DNA of 64,000 bases from an uncultured Chloroflexia bacterium (GTDB lineage Bacteria > Chloroflexota > Limnocylindria > Limnocylindrales > CSP1-4), in NCBI GenBank assembly GCA_963831715.1, contig CAWHRB010000001.1, positions 15,287 through 79,286 on the forward strand. Direction: 5' to 3'. This document shows positions 62,845 through 64,000 of this stretch, in pieces. The notes beneath the pieces are model-generated. The model saw only the letters and a program-made list of their open reading frames with translations. It did no database searches and was not told the origin of the DNA. The position numbers and the translations under genes are program-made. Position 1 is the first letter of the stretch. Each line of letters opens with the position of its first letter.

Positions 62845-63288
62845 ATGACCGAGACGACCGCGACCGCGTCACCGCTCACCCCGGCGATCCGCGAATTCAT
62901 CGCTGAAACGCGCTTCACGAGCATCGCCACGCTTGACCCCGACGGTGCGCCGCGCCAGGCCGTCGTCTGGTACCGCCTCGACGGCGACGGAATCGTCGTG
63001 AACAGCGCGGTCGGTCGGCGCTGGCCGGCGAACCTCGTCCGTGACGGCCGCATCAGCCTGGCCATCCTCGACACGGGTGGTGGCTACAGGTGGGTCGGGC
63101 TGACCGGGACAGCGACGCCGATCACCGACCAACCGACCGCCCAGGCCGACATCGCCGAGATGGCCCGCCGGTACCACGCCGACGATCCCGAAAAGGCGGA
63201 GCGTCTCATCGCGAACCGCTTCCAGCGCCAGGAGCGCATCAGCTTCAAGGTCCGCGTCGATGCGGTCCACGACCACCTCGAGGACTGA
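62845..63288 (+). CDS. PPOX-class (pyridoxamine 5'-phosphate oxidase-like) putative F420-binding protein
   Basis: IATLDPDGAP...VWY, NL.RD.RISL, YRWV..TG.A, ERI. Confidence 0.85.
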   Translation: MTETTATASPLTPAIREFIAETRFTSIATLDPDGAPRQAVVWYRLDGDGIVVNSAVGRRWPANLVRDGRISLAILDTGGGYRWVGLTGTATPITDQPTAQADIAEMARRYHADDPEKAERLIANRFQRQERISFKVRVDAVHDHLED

Positions 63289-63307
63289 CCCGATGGCTGG
63301 TAATGCG

Positions 63308-64000
63308 ATGCCCGTCAAGTTCGGGCTCCAGCTGTGGTCGCAGGCGACCGACTGGCCGTCATTCCGTGATGCCGCGCTGGCGGCCGAGGCGAACGGCTGG
63401 GATTCGGTCTGGACGTGGGACCACCTGCTCGCGATCTTCGGCCCGTGGGAACAACCGATCTTCGAGGGCTGGAGCGCGCTCGCGGCGCTCGGCCCGATCA
63501 CGAGTCGAGTCCGACTCGGGCTGATGGTCGGTGCCAACACGTTCCGCAACCCGGGTGTCACGACGAAGCTCGCGACGACCCTCGATCACGTCTCCGAGGG
63601 CCGCGCGGTCGTCGGCATCGGTGCTGCGTGGTTCGAACGTGAGCACGACGCCTTCGGCATCCCGTTCGGCGCGAGCCCGGGCGAGCGGATCGCCTGGCTG
63701 GATGAGGCCGTGATGCTGATGCGCCGATTGCTCGACGGCGAGCGGGTCGACCACGCCGGCCCGACCTACACGATGCACGATGCGCTGTGCGAACCGCGCC
63801 CGATCCAACAGCACCTCCCGATCCTCATCGGTGGCAGTGGACGGCAGAAGACGCTGCGGGTCGTCGCGGAACGGGCGGACGCCTGGAACACGTCGGGCTC
63901 GTTCGACGAGGTGCAGGACGCTCTGCAGACGCTGGAGCGCCACTGCGCGGCCGTCGGTCGCGATCCGTCGACCATCGAGAAGACCGCCAGCTTCCACATC
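63308..64000 (+). CDS. LLM-class F420-dependent oxidoreductase (partial, runs off the window end)
   Basis: Own translation: MPVKFGLQLW..WDSVWTWDHL..FEGW..VGANTFRNP..TLDHVS.GR..GIGAAWFE.EH..P.LIGGSG. Confidence 0.88.
   Translation, partial: MPVKFGLQLWSQATDWPSFRDAALAAEANGWDSVWTWDHLLAIFGPWEQPIFEGWSALAALGPITSRVRLGLMVGANTFRNPGVTTKLATTLDHVSEGRAVVGIGAAWFEREHDAFGIPFGASPGERIAWLDEAVMLMRRLLDGERVDHAGPTYTMHDALCEPRPIQQHLPILIGGSGRQKTLRVVAERADAWNTSGSFDEVQDALQTLERHCAAVGRDPSTIEKTASFHI

Overview
High-GC (roughly 70% by eye) bacterial chromosomal segment with about 65 protein-coding genes. I see no rRNA, tRNA, cas genes, transposase or integrase. The gene content (F420/LLM oxidoreductases, DUF3090/SCO1664 pair, homodimeric AceE, Ser/Pro/Ala-rich lipoprotein linkers) suggests a soil Chloroflexota lineage such as Limnocylindria/Ellin6529, or less likely an actinobacterium; this is inference only. 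Main blocks: (i) amino-sugar/glycoside ABC uptake and GH4 catabolism with a GntR/UTRA regulator and a palindromic operator (2.6-10 kb); (ii) PBP1A, a Mo-oxidoreductase, and DUF3090/SCO1664 separated by a 1.4-kb cassette flanked by perfect 29-bp direct repeats that encodes a Pro-rich, possibly membrane-anchored XRE-HTH protein; (iii) a frameshifted TM0106 nuclease/helicase, an MFS transporter, a 72-bp-period palindromic repeat array, and ArgE/DDAH genes; (iv) a 34-52 kb general-stress-like island (GlsB/YeaQ, SRPBCC, small hydrophilic proteins, topoisomerase IB, F420 G6PDH-family enzyme, GT4) with two paralogous orphan histidine kinases, an orphan OmpR-family regulator and a recurring TGYNAY-N5-TGYNAY direct-repeat box in most intergenic regions, which is the best candidate for an undescribed regulatory system; (v) an ECF sigma/beta-propeller module with two near-identical ECF-type promoters. 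Many genes look leaderless (TAnnnT-N6-ATG). All calls come from reading motifs by eye; no searches were run.
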